The notes beneath the pieces were generated by a model, which did no database searches, was not told where the DNA came from, and saw nothing but the letters and a program-made list of their open reading frames with translations. Source: Chloroflexota bacterium (GTDB lineage Bacteria > Chloroflexota > Limnocylindria > Limnocylindrales > CSP1-4). Taken from it: 64,000 nt of DNA. The position numbers were made by a program, and so were the translations under genes. The stretch covers positions 18,326 to 82,325 of the forward strand of contig JADGQK010000002.1 in assembly GCA_017881915.1 (NCBI GenBank). Reading direction: 5' to 3'. This document shows, piece by piece, positions 7,887 to 17,809 of this stretch; positions within the stretch are counted from its first letter, which is position 1, and every line of letters starts with the position of its first letter.

Positions 7887-10610
7887 TCAGGCATCTGGAT
7901 CGTCGGGGTTGCCCTCGCGTCGGCGTCGCCGGGCCGTTTGCTCCAGGAGCTTGGCGACGAGGGCGGTCCAGCCGGTCTGGTGGCTGGCACCGACGCCCCG
8001 CCCGGTATCGCCGTCGAAGTACTCGTAGAACGGGATCCGATCGGCCCAGCTTGAATCGGGCTGGAGGTGGGCCGCCGGCCCCAGGACCGGCCGCCTGCCG
8101 TCCACATCACGCAGGAACAGCCCGACCAGGCGGTCGGACAGGTCCCAGGCCAGCTCGTCGAGCTCCCGGAAATGACCCGAGCCATACGGCATTTCGACCT
8201 TGAACGTGCCACCGTGATAATGGTGGAAGGTGAGGTAGGCCTCGATCAGGAGGTAGTTGATCGGGAGCCAGACGGGCCCCCGCCAGTTCGAGTTGCCGCC
8301 GAAGATTCCCGAGCGGGACTCGGCCGGTTCGTAGCCGATCGTGTACTCGAGGCCGCCCGGTATCGTCAGGCTGACCGGGTTGGCCAGGTGCTCCCGGCTG
8401 AGCGACCGAATCCCGTGGGGACTCAGGAATTCGTTCGGATCGACGATCCTGCGGGTCATCGTCTGGAGCCGGTCGCCATGGACGAGGGAAAGCAGGCGCC
8501 GTTCGCCGACACCGGGTTCGGTCCAGCTGGCGACGTGGGCGGCCAGCTCCGGTCGATTGGCCAGGAACCAGCGCATCCGGCGCCGGAAGTCGGGCAGGGC
8601 GGCGATCACCTCGGGCTCCAGGACGTGGACCGCGAGGAGCGGAATGAGGCCCACCAGCGACCGGATCCGGAGGGGCACCACGTCGCCCGAGTCGAAATGG
8701 ATCACGTCGTAATAGAACCCGTCCTCCTCGTTCCATAGCGAGATCCCGCTGCCGCCCAGGTTGTTGAGGGCACCGGCGATGTACAGGAAGTGCTCGAAGA
8801 ACTTGGTCGCGATGTCCTCGTACACCAGGTCACCCTGGGCCAGCTCGAGGGCGATCGCCAGCATGTTCAGGCAGAACATCCCCATCCAGGCGGTGCCGTC
8901 GGCCTGGCCAAGGTGGGCGCCGCCGGGCAACGGCGCATCCCGGTCGAAGAGGCCGATGTTGTCGAGCCCCAGGAAACCGCCCTGGAAGACGTTGGCCCCG
9001 TCGAGGTCCTTGCGGTTGACCCACCAGGTGAAGTTGAGCAAGAGCTTGTGGAAGACCCGCTCGAGGAAGCCCACGTCGCCCGTGCCGGTTGCCCGTCGAT
9101 CGATCTGGTAGACCCGCCACGCCGCCCAGGCATGGACCGGCGGATTCACGTCCCCGAAACGCCACTCGTAGGCGGGCAGCTGGCCGTTCGGGTGCATGTA
9201 CCACTCACGGGTCAGGAGCAGGAGCTGGGCCTTGGCGAAGGCGGGGTCGATGACGGCCAGGGTGACGGCGTGGAAGGCGAGGTCCCAGGCAGCGAACCAG
9301 GGGTACTCCCAGTTGTCGGGCATCGACAGGATGTCCTTGTTGTTGAGCTCGCGCCAGTCCGCGTTGCGGCCCGTCAGGCGGCTGGCCGGCGGTGGATCGG
9401 CCGGGTCACCGTCGAGCCACTCGTTCACGTCGTAGTGGTAGAACTGCTTGCACCAGATCAGCCCGGCGAAGGCCTGCCGCTGGACGAGGCGCTCGTCCGC
9501 GCTCAGGTCCTCGCCGCCGAAGTCCGCGTAGAACGCGTCGGCCTCGGCGAGCCGGGCGGCAATCGTGGCGTCGAAATCGACGAACGGATCGGCCGGGTCC
9601 GGCGACCCGGCGTCGGCGCCCAGCCGCAGCCGGAGGCGGAGGGTGGTGGTCGCCCCCGGCTCGATGAGGTAGCGGTGGTGGCTGGCCGCCTTCGAGCCGA
9701 CGAGCTCCGGGTTCACGGCCCCTGGCTCGCCGTCGACCAGGGCCCGGTGGAAGGCATCCTTGACAAACGGACCGGCGTTGGTGACGCCCCACAGCCGCTC
9801 GCGATTCGACTCGTTCTCAGTGAACAGCAGCTCGGCGGATTGATCGACGTCGAGCCGGATCTCGCCCAGGCGGCCGTCGCTGCCCGTGATCGGCCGGCGC
9901 CCGGAGTCGGGGTCCGGCGAACCCGCCGCGAGATGCGGCCGGGGCTCGTCCCGGCCCCATGACCAGGTGTTCCGGAACCAGAGCGTGGGCAGCAGGTGGA
10001 TCGGCGCCGCATCGGGGCCCATGTTGGTTAGCGCGATCCGGATCAGGATGTCGTCGGGCCCTGTCTTGGCGTACTCGACCTGCACGTCGAACCAGCGCCC
10101 GTCGGCGAAGACGCCCGTGTCGACCAGCTCGTACTCATCGTCCTCTCGGGTCCGGCGAGCGTTCTCGGCCACGAGGTCGGCGTACGGAAAGGCCGCCTGG
10201 GGGTAGGCGTAGGCAGCTTTCAGGTAGCTGTGGCTGGGCGTGGCATCGAGGAACCAGTACAGCTCCTTGACGTCCTCCCCGTGATTGCCTTCAGGCCCCG
10301 ACAGCCCGAACGGTCGCTCCTTCAGGATTGGATCGCGCTCGTTCCAGAGGGTCAACGCGAAACACAGCCGGCCGTGATCGTCGCTGATCCCGAGCAGTCC
10401 GTCCTCGCCCCAGCGATAGGCCCGCGAGCGGGCCTGGTCGTGGGTGAGGTAGGTCCAGGGTTGGCCGTCGGGCGAGTAGTCCTCCCGGACCGTGCCCCAC
10501 TGACGGCTCGACAGGTACGGGCCCCAGCGGTCCCACGGAGCAGTCCCGGCGTCGCGCTCGGCCAGTCGCCGCCCTTCAGCGCCGAGCCCAGGGTCTGGCG
10601 GCAGGTTCAT
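7887..10610 (-). CDS. GH63-family glycoside hydrolase (mannosylglycerate/glucosylglycerate-hydrolase-like)
   Basis: ~907 aa. GH63 (alpha/alpha)6 catalytic-domain motifs (…[14 protein letters not shown]…, …[10 protein letters not shown]…). Start at the ATG of MNLPPD (cat at 10608-10610). Confidence 0.7.
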   Translation of the reverse strand: MNLPPDPGLGAEGRRLAERDAGTAPWDRWGPYLSSRQWGTVREDYSPDGQPWTYLTHDQARSRAYRWGEDGLLGISDDHGRLCFALTLWNERDPILKERPFGLSGPEGNHGEDVKELYWFLDATPSHSYLKAAYAYPQAAFPYADLVAENARRTREDDEYELVDTGVFADGRWFDVQVEYAKTGPDDILIRIALTNMGPDAAPIHLLPTLWFRNTWSWGRDEPRPHLAAGSPDPDSGRRPITGSDGRLGEIRLDVDQSAELLFTENESNRERLWGVTNAGPFVKDAFHRALVDGEPGAVNPELVGSKAASHHRYLIEPGATTTLRLRLRLGADAGSPDPADPFVDFDATIAARLAEADAFYADFGGEDLSADERLVQRQAFAGLIWCKQFYHYDVNEWLDGDPADPPPASRLTGRNADWRELNNKDILSMPDNWEYPWFAAWDLAFHAVTLAVIDPAFAKAQLLLLTREWYMHPNGQLPAYEWRFGDVNPPVHAWAAWRVYQIDRRATGTGDVGFLERVFHKLLLNFTWWVNRKDLDGANVFQGGFLGLDNIGLFDRDAPLPGGAHLGQADGTAWMGMFCLNMLAIALELAQGDLVYEDIATKFFEHFLYIAGALNNLGGSGISLWNEEDGFYYDVIHFDSGDVVPLRIRSLVGLIPLLAVHVLEPEVIAALPDFRRRMRWFLANRPELAAHVASWTEPGVGERRLLSLVHGDRLQTMTRRIVDPNEFLSPHGIRSLSREHLANPVSLTIPGGLEYTIGYEPAESRSGIFGGNSNWRGPVWLPINYLLIEAYLTFHHYHGGTFKVEMPYGSGHFRELDELAWDLSDRLVGLFLRDVDGRRPVLGPAAHLQPDSSWADRIPFYEYFDGDTGRGVGASHQTGWTALVAKLLEQTARRRRREGNPDDPDA

Positions 10611-10786
10611 GGCGGCTATCGTGGCGCGTTCGCGGATCTCGCGCTGGTCGGGCGGTTTCGCGTCACGGTCGGAACCACATGAACGTCCCTGGCGTAGGAT
10701 CTCCCGACACACTCATGCCAGCCGGTCCCCCCGCCGGTCCATCCACGCCGATCGGCGACCGATCGGCATCCGTCACGAGGGAGCCG

Positions 10787-11797
10787 ATGACCAAGATCCA
10801 GGAGACGGGCGAGAAGGTCGTCGCCAACGTCGAACGAGTGATCGTGGGCAAGCATCACGAGGTGCGCCTTGCCCTCGTCGCGCTGATGTGCCGCGGGCAC
10901 CTGTTGATCGAGGACGTGCCCGGGACCGGCAAGACGGTCCTGGCCAAGGCATTGGCCCGGAGCCTGGGCTGTACGTTCCGGCGCATCCAGTTCACCCCGG
11001 ACCTGTTGCCATCCGACGTGACCGGCCTGTCGATCTACAACCAGAAGACCCAGGAGTTCGAATTCCGCCCGGGCCCGATCATGGCCCAGGTGGTCCTCGC
11101 CGACGAGATCAACCGGGCGACTCCAAAGACCCAGTCGAGCTTGCTCGAATGCATGGAGGAGCGCCAGGCGACGATCGACGGCACGACCTACCCGATGCCC
11201 GATCCGTTCCTCGTGATCGCGACCCAGAACCCGATCGAGTACGAGGGCACGTTCGCGCTGCCCGAGGCGCAACTCGACCGGTTCCTGCTCCGGCTCCGCC
11301 TGGGCTACCCCCAGCCCATCGAGGAGATCGTGATCCTCGACGAACAGAAGCGGACCCATCCGCTCGATGAGCTGGTCGAGGTCTGCTCCAACGACGAATT
11401 GCGCGAGATGCAGGCTGCGGTCCGCGACGTCTACGTCGATAGCTCGGTCAGCGACTACATCGTCCGGCTCGTCAATGGCACCCGCAGTCACGCTGATGTC
11501 TACCTGGGCGCGTCGCCGCGCGGCTCGATTGCCCTGTACCGCGCCAGTCAGGCCTACGCCGGGCTGCTCGGTCGCGACTACGTGATTCCGGATGACGTGA
11601 AGGCCCTCGCCGAACCTGCCCTGGCCCATCGCCTGATCATCAAGACGAGCGCCACGATCCATGACGTGCTGCCAGCCCAGATCGTGAAGGAATTGCTCGA
11701 CACTCTGCCGGTCGGAGCCCTGTCGCCCACCCTCCACGGCCCGCGGGAGATCCCGATCGGCTCCCGGGACGCGGCCGCCGAGCGCCTGGCTCGCTGA
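10787..11797 (+). CDS. moxR: MoxR-family AAA+ ATPase
   Basis: Walker A GTGKT, Walker [21 protein letters not shown], and the C-terminal MoxR helical bundle. GGGAG ribosome-binding site (RBS) before the ATG. Confidence 0.9.
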   Translation: MTKIQETGEKVVANVERVIVGKHHEVRLALVALMCRGHLLIEDVPGTGKTVLAKALARSLGCTFRRIQFTPDLLPSDVTGLSIYNQKTQEFEFRPGPIMAQVVLADEINRATPKTQSSLLECMEERQATIDGTTYPMPDPFLVIATQNPIEYEGTFALPEAQLDRFLLRLRLGYPQPIEEIVILDEQKRTHPLDELVEVCSNDELREMQAAVRDVYVDSSVSDYIVRLVNGTRSHADVYLGASPRGSIALYRASQAYAGLLGRDYVIPDDVKALAEPALAHRLIIKTSATIHDVLPAQIVKELLDTLPVGALSPTLHGPREIPIGSRDAAAERLAR

Positions 11798-11808
11798 GGT
11801 CGCCGTCG

Positions 11809-13017
11809 GTGGTACGCCGGTTGCCGATCGTCGCGCTCGCCGTCGTCCTCGTCCTGGCGGCGTTCTCGTCGGGCCTGCCGTTCCTGTTCTACCTGCTCTA
11901 CCTTGGGATCCTGGTCATCGGCGGGAGCTATGTCCTGACCCGGCTGGGCCTGGCCGATCTCGAGGCTGGCTATGCGGTTGCGCAGGTGACCGGCCACGTC
12001 GGCGAGCAGCTCAAGGTCACCTACACGCTGCGCAACGCCGGCCGGATGCCGAAGCCCTGGCTGGAGGTGCACAACCCGACGAGCCTGCCGGTGGCGATCC
12101 CAGGTCGGGCGATCGGGATCGGGCCGCGGGCCGAGCGGTCATGGATCGCCCGGGTGCCGCTCACTCGCCGCGGCCACTTCCGGATCGAGCCGCTCCAGGT
12201 CCGGACGGGCGACCCGTTCGGCTTTTTCGAGGCCTCGGCCGTCGTCGGCCAGCCGATCACCCTGGTCGTCTATCCACGGATCGATCCATTGCCGATGTGG
12301 CGCCTCCCATCCGCAAACATCGAGGGCAGCCACGCCGCGCCCGAGCGGACGATTCAGACCAGCCCGCTGGCCACGAGCGTCCGACCGTATGCCCCGGGCG
12401 ACGGCTTCAACCGGATCCACTGGAAGTCGACCGCCCGCCAGGGCGAGATCCAGGTCAAGGAGTTCGACCTCGAGCAGACCGCCGACGTCTGGCTGTTCCT
12501 CGACCTCGACGGTCGGGTCCAGGAAGGCAGCGGCGCCACGGCGAGCGTTGAGCTGGCCGTCCGGGCGGCCGCGTCGATCGCCGACAAGTCACTCGGCGAG
12601 AACCGCGCGGTGGGCCTCACCGCATACGGCCATCGGCTGGCGGTCCTGCCCGCCGACCGGGGCGGGCGGCAGTATCTGAAGGTGATGCAGCTGCTGGCCG
12701 CGGTCGAAGGCGACGGGACGACACCGCTCGTCGAGGGTCTCCTGTCGAGCCTGGCTCGGCTCCGACGGGGGATGACTGCCGTCGTGATCACGCCTTCGCT
12801 CGATCGGTCCTGGGTCCGGCCGCTGGCGAGCCTGCGCGGCCGCGGGATTGCGACGGTCGTCGTGACCGTCCGGGCGGCCGGGGCGCCCGAACTTGGCTCC
12901 GATGCGGCTGCCGCGACGCGGGCGCTCGGCCACGCACTGGCCGAGTACGAACTGGCCACCTACACGATCACCCCGGAGCGCAGCCTCGGTGCCCAGCTGG
13001 CCCGGGTGGGCCGATGA
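11809..13017 (+). CDS. DUF58 protein (vWA-like partner of MoxR) with N-terminal TM helices
   Basis: Two N-terminal TM helices and the DUF58 core (…RPYAPGDGFNRIHWKSTAR…). Located directly downstream of moxR. Confidence 0.8.
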   Translation: MVRRLPIVALAVVLVLAAFSSGLPFLFYLLYLGILVIGGSYVLTRLGLADLEAGYAVAQVTGHVGEQLKVTYTLRNAGRMPKPWLEVHNPTSLPVAIPGRAIGIGPRAERSWIARVPLTRRGHFRIEPLQVRTGDPFGFFEASAVVGQPITLVVYPRIDPLPMWRLPSANIEGSHAAPERTIQTSPLATSVRPYAPGDGFNRIHWKSTARQGEIQVKEFDLEQTADVWLFLDLDGRVQEGSGATASVELAVRAAASIADKSLGENRAVGLTAYGHRLAVLPADRGGRQYLKVMQLLAAVEGDGTTPLVEGLLSSLARLRRGMTAVVITPSLDRSWVRPLASLRGRGIATVVVTVRAAGAPELGSDAAAATRALGHALAEYELATYTITPERSLGAQLARVGR

Positions 13018-15350
13018 GTTCCCGGCGATCGCGCCAGATTCCACTCGCGCCGGCCGAAGGCTGGCCGAGTCTCGGGCTGGTTCTGGTCATGGCCCTCTGC
13101 CTCGCCTGGTCGATCACGGGCGCCCGCTGGGTGGTTGGCCGGGGGGCTCTGACCGCCTTCCTGCCGTATGCGGCGGCCGGCGGGGTGGCCTGGGGCTTCA
13201 TCTCGGCCAAGGTCGGCTGGCCGCGCTGGCTTGCCCACCTGCTCGGAGCCGTCTTCGCGGCGTTGCTCCTGCCGGTTGCCGTCGGCGGCGTGCTGCTGAA
13301 CGGCAACTTCAGTCCGGGTCCGGCGTTTGTGGCCACGGCGACGTCGAGTGTCGAGGCGTACGTCGACCTTGCCTTCCGGGGGCTCGCGTTCACTCAGCAA
13401 TACGGCCATTTCATGCTCGTCCTGGGGATCCTGTGCTGGGGCACCGGCCAATTCACGAGCTATGCCGTGTTCGGCCATCACCGGCCGCTGAACGCGGCGG
13501 TCATCGCCGGGGTCGCCCTCGTCCTGGACATGAGCCTGACCCGCGATGAGCAACTCGGGATCCTGATCTGGTTCAGCCTGGCCGCCCTGTTCCTGCTGAT
13601 CCGGCTGCACGCTCTCGATGAGAAGTCGACCTGGCTTCGCCACCGACTCGGCGACGCCGGCTCGCTGTCGGGGATCTACCTGCGCGCCGGTACCGTGTTC
13701 ATCGGGATTGCCGTCGTTGGTGCACTCATCCTGACCTCGACCGCGGCATCGGCGCCGCTGGCCGGCCTGGGGCGAGGCCTGGACCAGAAGCTCGTCGAGA
13801 TGACCCATGGCCTCGAAGCCGTCTTCCGCGGCGGGGGGCCGGGTACGCGGATCTCGCCGGTTGACTTCCTGCCTTCCACCCGGATCACTGGCGAGTGGGT
13901 CACCGACGACACGCCGGTTCTATCGATCAAGGTGCCCGACGCCGGAAACTACCACTGGCGGGCGGTGGCCTACGACAAGTTCGACGGCCACAACTGGAGC
14001 ATCACGAACCCCCAGCAGACGGGCGTGGCAGCCGGTGACTCGCTCCTGACCGGGACGCTCGACGATCCCGGGCCGCAGGCCGGCCGGCACCCGATCACCT
14101 TCACCGTCGTTGAACTGAACTACGACGCGGACACGATCTTCGCCCCGGACGCACCACTCAAGCTGTCGACCGACGCCACCGTATCGCTCGTCGGCACCTC
14201 GCCGAATCGTTTCGTCGGCAGCGTGACCAAGTCCTCCTCGAATTTGTACCAGGTGACGGCCGAGGTGCCGGCCGAGTTCGCCAGCGACCCGATCCATGGG
14301 TTGACCGCGAACCAGCTGCGCGTCGCCGGGAAGAACTACCCGTCGGGGATCTCGACCTATTTCCTGCAGCTCGATCCGGCCGTCGCCCAGGGGCCGAACA
14401 CCGTCAAGCTCCTCGCCGCGATCAAGGCCGCCCATCCGGACGCCACGAACCCGTACGATCTCAGCCGCGCGATCGAGGCCTATCTCAAGGACGAAGGTGG
14501 CTTCACCTACAGGGCCAACGTGTCCGGGGTCGACTGCGGCAACGACGGGGTCGTCGAGTGCTTCGCCCGAACGAAGCTCGGCTACTGCGAGTACTACGCG
14601 AGCACGATGGTCGTGCTCCTGCGGATGGAGGGTATTCCGGCCAGGCTGGCCGAGGGCTTCCTGCCCAGCACGCCCGACGCCAACGGGGTCGAGCTGATCC
14701 GGCGGAGCGCCTCGCACGCCTGGGTCGAGGCGTATTTCCCGAACTACGGCTGGATCACCTTCGACCCGACCGGCGGCGGCGTCGGCGAAGCGCAGGCGCT
14801 GCCACCGGGGCCGGTCGTGACGCCGTTGCCGAACGCCAGTGCGTCTCCCGCGGGCAGCGGCCTGAACGACCCGCAGGACCCCCGCCGGACGGTTCGGCCC
14901 ACGGGCCAGACCTCGACCGGGGCGGGGTCGGTCACGGGCTCCGGCCCGGGTACCGGCGGCTATGTCCTGGTCGGGTTCCTCCTCGTGGCGATCATGGGTG
15001 CCCTGGTATTCATGGCCTGGCAGCGCGGCCCGCGGCGACCCCAGGAGCCCGACCGCGTCTACGGCGGAGTGGTTGGGCTGGCCCGTCGGTTTGGCTTCGG
15101 TCCTCGACCGAATCAGACCGTCTACGAGTACGCCGACGGGCTGAGTGACATCCTGCCCTCGGCACGACCGGATCTGCACACGGTCGCTCTGGCCAAGGTC
15201 GAGGTTGCCTACGGCCGGCGGACGCTCGAGCCCGCCCGGATCGACGCACTGCGCCAGGCTCAGCGCCACCTGCGCGTCGTGCTGCTCGGCCTGGTCTTCC
15301 GGCGCGCCGAGCGGCGCGCTCGCGGGCGTGATCGGCCGCGGAGCAAGTGA
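13014..15350 (+). CDS. Transglutaminase-like protein with polytopic N-terminal membrane domain (DUF3488-TGase-DUF4129 architecture)
   Basis: Six or more N-terminal TM helices. TGase core Cys/His/Asp (…GYCEYYASTMVVLLRMEGIPARLAEGF…SHAWVEAYFPNYGWITFDPT). C-terminal TM plus basic tail. Overlaps the DUF58 stop. Confidence 0.8.
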   Translation: MSSRRSRQIPLAPAEGWPSLGLVLVMALCLAWSITGARWVVGRGALTAFLPYAAAGGVAWGFISAKVGWPRWLAHLLGAVFAALLLPVAVGGVLLNGNFSPGPAFVATATSSVEAYVDLAFRGLAFTQQYGHFMLVLGILCWGTGQFTSYAVFGHHRPLNAAVIAGVALVLDMSLTRDEQLGILIWFSLAALFLLIRLHALDEKSTWLRHRLGDAGSLSGIYLRAGTVFIGIAVVGALILTSTAASAPLAGLGRGLDQKLVEMTHGLEAVFRGGGPGTRISPVDFLPSTRITGEWVTDDTPVLSIKVPDAGNYHWRAVAYDKFDGHNWSITNPQQTGVAAGDSLLTGTLDDPGPQAGRHPITFTVVELNYDADTIFAPDAPLKLSTDATVSLVGTSPNRFVGSVTKSSSNLYQVTAEVPAEFASDPIHGLTANQLRVAGKNYPSGISTYFLQLDPAVAQGPNTVKLLAAIKAAHPDATNPYDLSRAIEAYLKDEGGFTYRANVSGVDCGNDGVVECFARTKLGYCEYYASTMVVLLRMEGIPARLAEGFLPSTPDANGVELIRRSASHAWVEAYFPNYGWITFDPTGGGVGEAQALPPGPVVTPLPNASASPAGSGLNDPQDPRRTVRPTGQTSTGAGSVTGSGPGTGGYVLVGFLLVAIMGALVFMAWQRGPRRPQEPDRVYGGVVGLARRFGFGPRPNQTVYEYADGLSDILPSARPDLHTVALAKVEVAYGRRTLEPARIDALRQAQRHLRVVLLGLVFRRAERRARGRDRPRSK

Positions 15351-15398
15351 GTTCGCCGCGGAGCACACAGGCCGCGGCTCGGTTCGCGCCGGCGCCGC

Positions 15399-16244
15399 CT
15401 AGAGTGCGCCGCTCGCCGCTCGGTCCGCTCCGGCCTCTTCGCCTGGGCTGGCGTCCTGGAGCGGGGCGAGGTGGTCCAGCAGGTTGTGAGCCCGGAGCAC
15501 CACGACCCCATCGTGGATTCCCACGATCGTGATCCCGGTCAGTCCGAACGCGAACGACCAGAATCGCTCGAGTGGCAGATCGAGCAGGGCCAGCAGGACG
15601 ACCTTGAAGACGCCGTCGTGGCCGACGAGCAGGGACCAGGCCGGGCTGCCGCTGGGTGGGGGATAGCCGGCGGCCGATGTCCGGGCCGCCCGGCTGACCG
15701 GGCTGGAGGCGGCCAACCGGCCGATGATCCCGGACAGTGCCTGACGGACCCGGCGATCGACCTCGATCAGCGCTTCGCCACCTGGCGCGGCGTGCTCGTG
15801 CGGTGCCCGACGCCAGGCCTCGAGCTCGGCCTCGTAGCGCGCCTCGACATCCTCGCGGTGGAGGCCCTCCCAGGCACCCTGGCCCACCTCGAGGAGCCCG
15901 ATCTCCGGTTGCGGCCTCGGCACGCCCTGGCCGTGGACCGCCCGTAACGCCTGGCCGGCCGCGCTCGCCGTCGCAGCGGTGCGGGCCAGCGGGGAATGGG
16001 CGATCTCGACCGGCGCCGATTTGGGCACGGCGATATGCGGTGGCCGATCGGGATGGGCGAGCCGTTCGCCAGCGAAACGGGCCTGCCGCTCACCGAGCGG
16101 GCTGAGCGGCGTGTCGAGGCGGCCCTGGAAGCGGCCCTCCGTGATCGCGATCGACTCGCCGTGGCGGAGCAGGACCAGCGTTGCATTCAGGCCGGCCGGG
16201 ATCAGCGCCTGGCTCAGCGTTCCGTCCCCAAATGGATCAGCCAC
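15399..16244 (-). CDS. Histidine-phosphatase (phosphoglycerate-mutase-like) family protein; candidate phosphoserine phosphatase
   Basis: LVLLRHGES… RHG catalytic motif. Start overlaps the serA stop by ~30 nt, so the true start may be slightly downstream. Confidence 0.65.
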   Translation of the reverse strand: MADPFGDGTLSQALIPAGLNATLVLLRHGESIAITEGRFQGRLDTPLSPLGERQARFAGERLAHPDRPPHIAVPKSAPVEIAHSPLARTAATASAAGQALRAVHGQGVPRPQPEIGLLEVGQGAWEGLHREDVEARYEAELEAWRRAPHEHAAPGGEALIEVDRRVRQALSGIIGRLAASSPVSRAARTSAAGYPPPSGSPAWSLLVGHDGVFKVVLLALLDLPLERFWSFAFGLTGITIVGIHDGVVVLRAHNLLDHLAPLQDASPGEEAGADRAASGAL

Positions 16245-17809
16245 AAGTCCAGGACCGCCTCCTCGGCACGGATCGCCTCGGCCACCGCGGGCGGCACGTC
16301 GTCGTCGAGGGCCAGGATCATCAGGGCATCGGCCCGCGGCGCGGACCGGGCAAGGTGCATCGCGCTGATGTTGACATCGGCCTTGCCCAGGATCAGGCCG
16401 ATCCGGCCCATCGTGCCCGGTCGGTCCTGGTGGCGGGTGACCAGCATCACTGGGCTGGGCGCCATGTCGGTCTGGTGCTCGCCCAGGCGGGTCAGCCGGG
16501 ACTCGCCGTTGGCGACCGTGCCGGCGATCGTGGTCGTCGTCCCGTCGGATTCCCCGGTCAGGGTGAGCAGCGAGCTGTAGGCATCGGCGTCGGGGGACTT
16601 GCGCTCGACGATCGCGATTCCGCGGGCTCGGGCGAGCGCGGTCGCGTTGACCAGGTTGACCCGCTCGGTCGTCGAGGTCTCGAGCAATCCCCGGAGGACC
16701 GCCGCGGTGAGCGGCGCGGCGTCCTGTCCGGCCAGCTCCCGGGCGAGCTCGCCGCCGACCTCCAGGGTGAGCCGCTGGACGCCGGTTCGGCTGAACTGGG
16801 CGAAGAAGCGCCCGAGTGTCTCAGCCAGGGGCAGGTAGGGGGCGATGGCACGGGCCGTTTCCGGGGTGAGCAGCGGGGCGTTGACCGCGTAGCGTGCCGG
16901 CCGACCCGCCAGGACGTCGATGATCTGGGCGGCGACCTCTTCGGCGACCAGAATCTGGGCCTCGGCCGTCGACGCGCCGAGGTGCGGTGTGAGCACGGTG
17001 TTCGGCGCTTCGAGCAGGGGCGAGCCAACCGGCGGCTCCCGCTCGAACACGTCGATGCCGGCACCGCCGAGGTGGCCCGAGCGGAGGGCGTCGGCGACCG
17101 CAGCTTCATCGAGGATGCCGCCGCGAGCCACGTTGAGCAGGAACGCGCCGGCCTTCATCCGGACAATCTCCGGCGCGCCGATCAGCCCCCGAGTCTGCCG
17201 GCTGAGCGGCACGTGGACCGTGATCGCGTCGGCGCGCTCCAGCAGCGCGTCAAACGTGACCAGCTCGACCCCGTGGAGAGCGGCGCCGTCGGTCGAGACG
17301 TAGGGGTCGACGGCGACGACCGTCATCTCCATCGCCCGGGCCCGTTTGGCGATTGCCTGGCCGATCTTGCCCAGGCCGATGATCCCGAGCGTCCGGCCGC
17401 GCAACTCGACGCCGGTGAACTGGCTGCGTTTCCATTCGCCCCGCCGGACCGAGGCGTCGGCGGCGGCTACCCGGCGGGCCAGGACGTAGAGCAGGGCCAG
17501 GGTGTGCTCGGCGGCCGCGATCGTGTTGCCGGTCGGGGCATTCACCACGGTGATCCCAGCCCGGGTCGCGGCGTCGAGGTCGACGTTGTCGACGCCAACC
17601 CCTGCTCGCCCGATCACGACGAGGCGACGCCCGGCATCGATCAGGTCGGCGTCGACCTGGACCTGGCTGCGGACGACAAGCGCATCGTAGTCGGGCAGCA
17701 GGGCTCGATAGTCGTCCCTGGTCAGGCCGATTCGCTCGTCGACCTGGTGATGCTGGCGGAGGATCGCGACGCCCTCCGCCGCCAGCGCTTCGGCGACGAG
17801 GACCCTCAC
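16214..17809 (-). CDS. serA: D-3-phosphoglycerate dehydrogenase with C-terminal ACT domain
   Basis: NAD-binding GxGxxG (GIIGLGKIG), catalytic R/E/H residues, ~530 aa with ASB/ACT tail. Stop overlaps the upstream aminotransferase start. Confidence 0.9.
   Translation of the reverse strand: MRVLVAEALAAEGVAILRQHHQVDERIGLTRDDYRALLPDYDALVVRSQVQVDADLIDAGRRLVVIGRAGVGVDNVDLDAATRAGITVVNAPTGNTIAAAEHTLALLYVLARRVAAADASVRRGEWKRSQFTGVELRGRTLGIIGLGKIGQAIAKRARAMEMTVVAVDPYVSTDGAALHGVELVTFDALLERADAITVHVPLSRQTRGLIGAPEIVRMKAGAFLLNVARGGILDEAAVADALRSGHLGGAGIDVFEREPPVGSPLLEAPNTVLTPHLGASTAEAQILVAEEVAAQIIDVLAGRPARYAVNAPLLTPETARAIAPYLPLAETLGRFFAQFSRTGVQRLTLEVGGELARELAGQDAAPLTAAVLRGLLETSTTERVNLVNATALARARGIAIVERKSPDADAYSSLLTLTGESDGTTTTIAGTVANGESRLTRLGEHQTDMAPSPVMLVTRHQDRPGTMGRIGLILGKADVNISAMHLARSAPRADALMILALDDDVPPAVAEAIRAEEAVLDLWLIHLGTER

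Noticed and set aside
8790-9962. 390-aa plus-strand ORF inside the GH63 gene
   Set aside because: It is antisense to a well-supported GH63 coding frame and has a repetitive Gly/Val/Glu-rich composition typical of high-GC antisense frames.
13920-15368. 482-aa minus-strand ORF overlapping the transglutaminase gene
   Set aside because: Antisense to a gene with a recognisable catalytic core. Low-complexity Arg/Gly/Asp composition.
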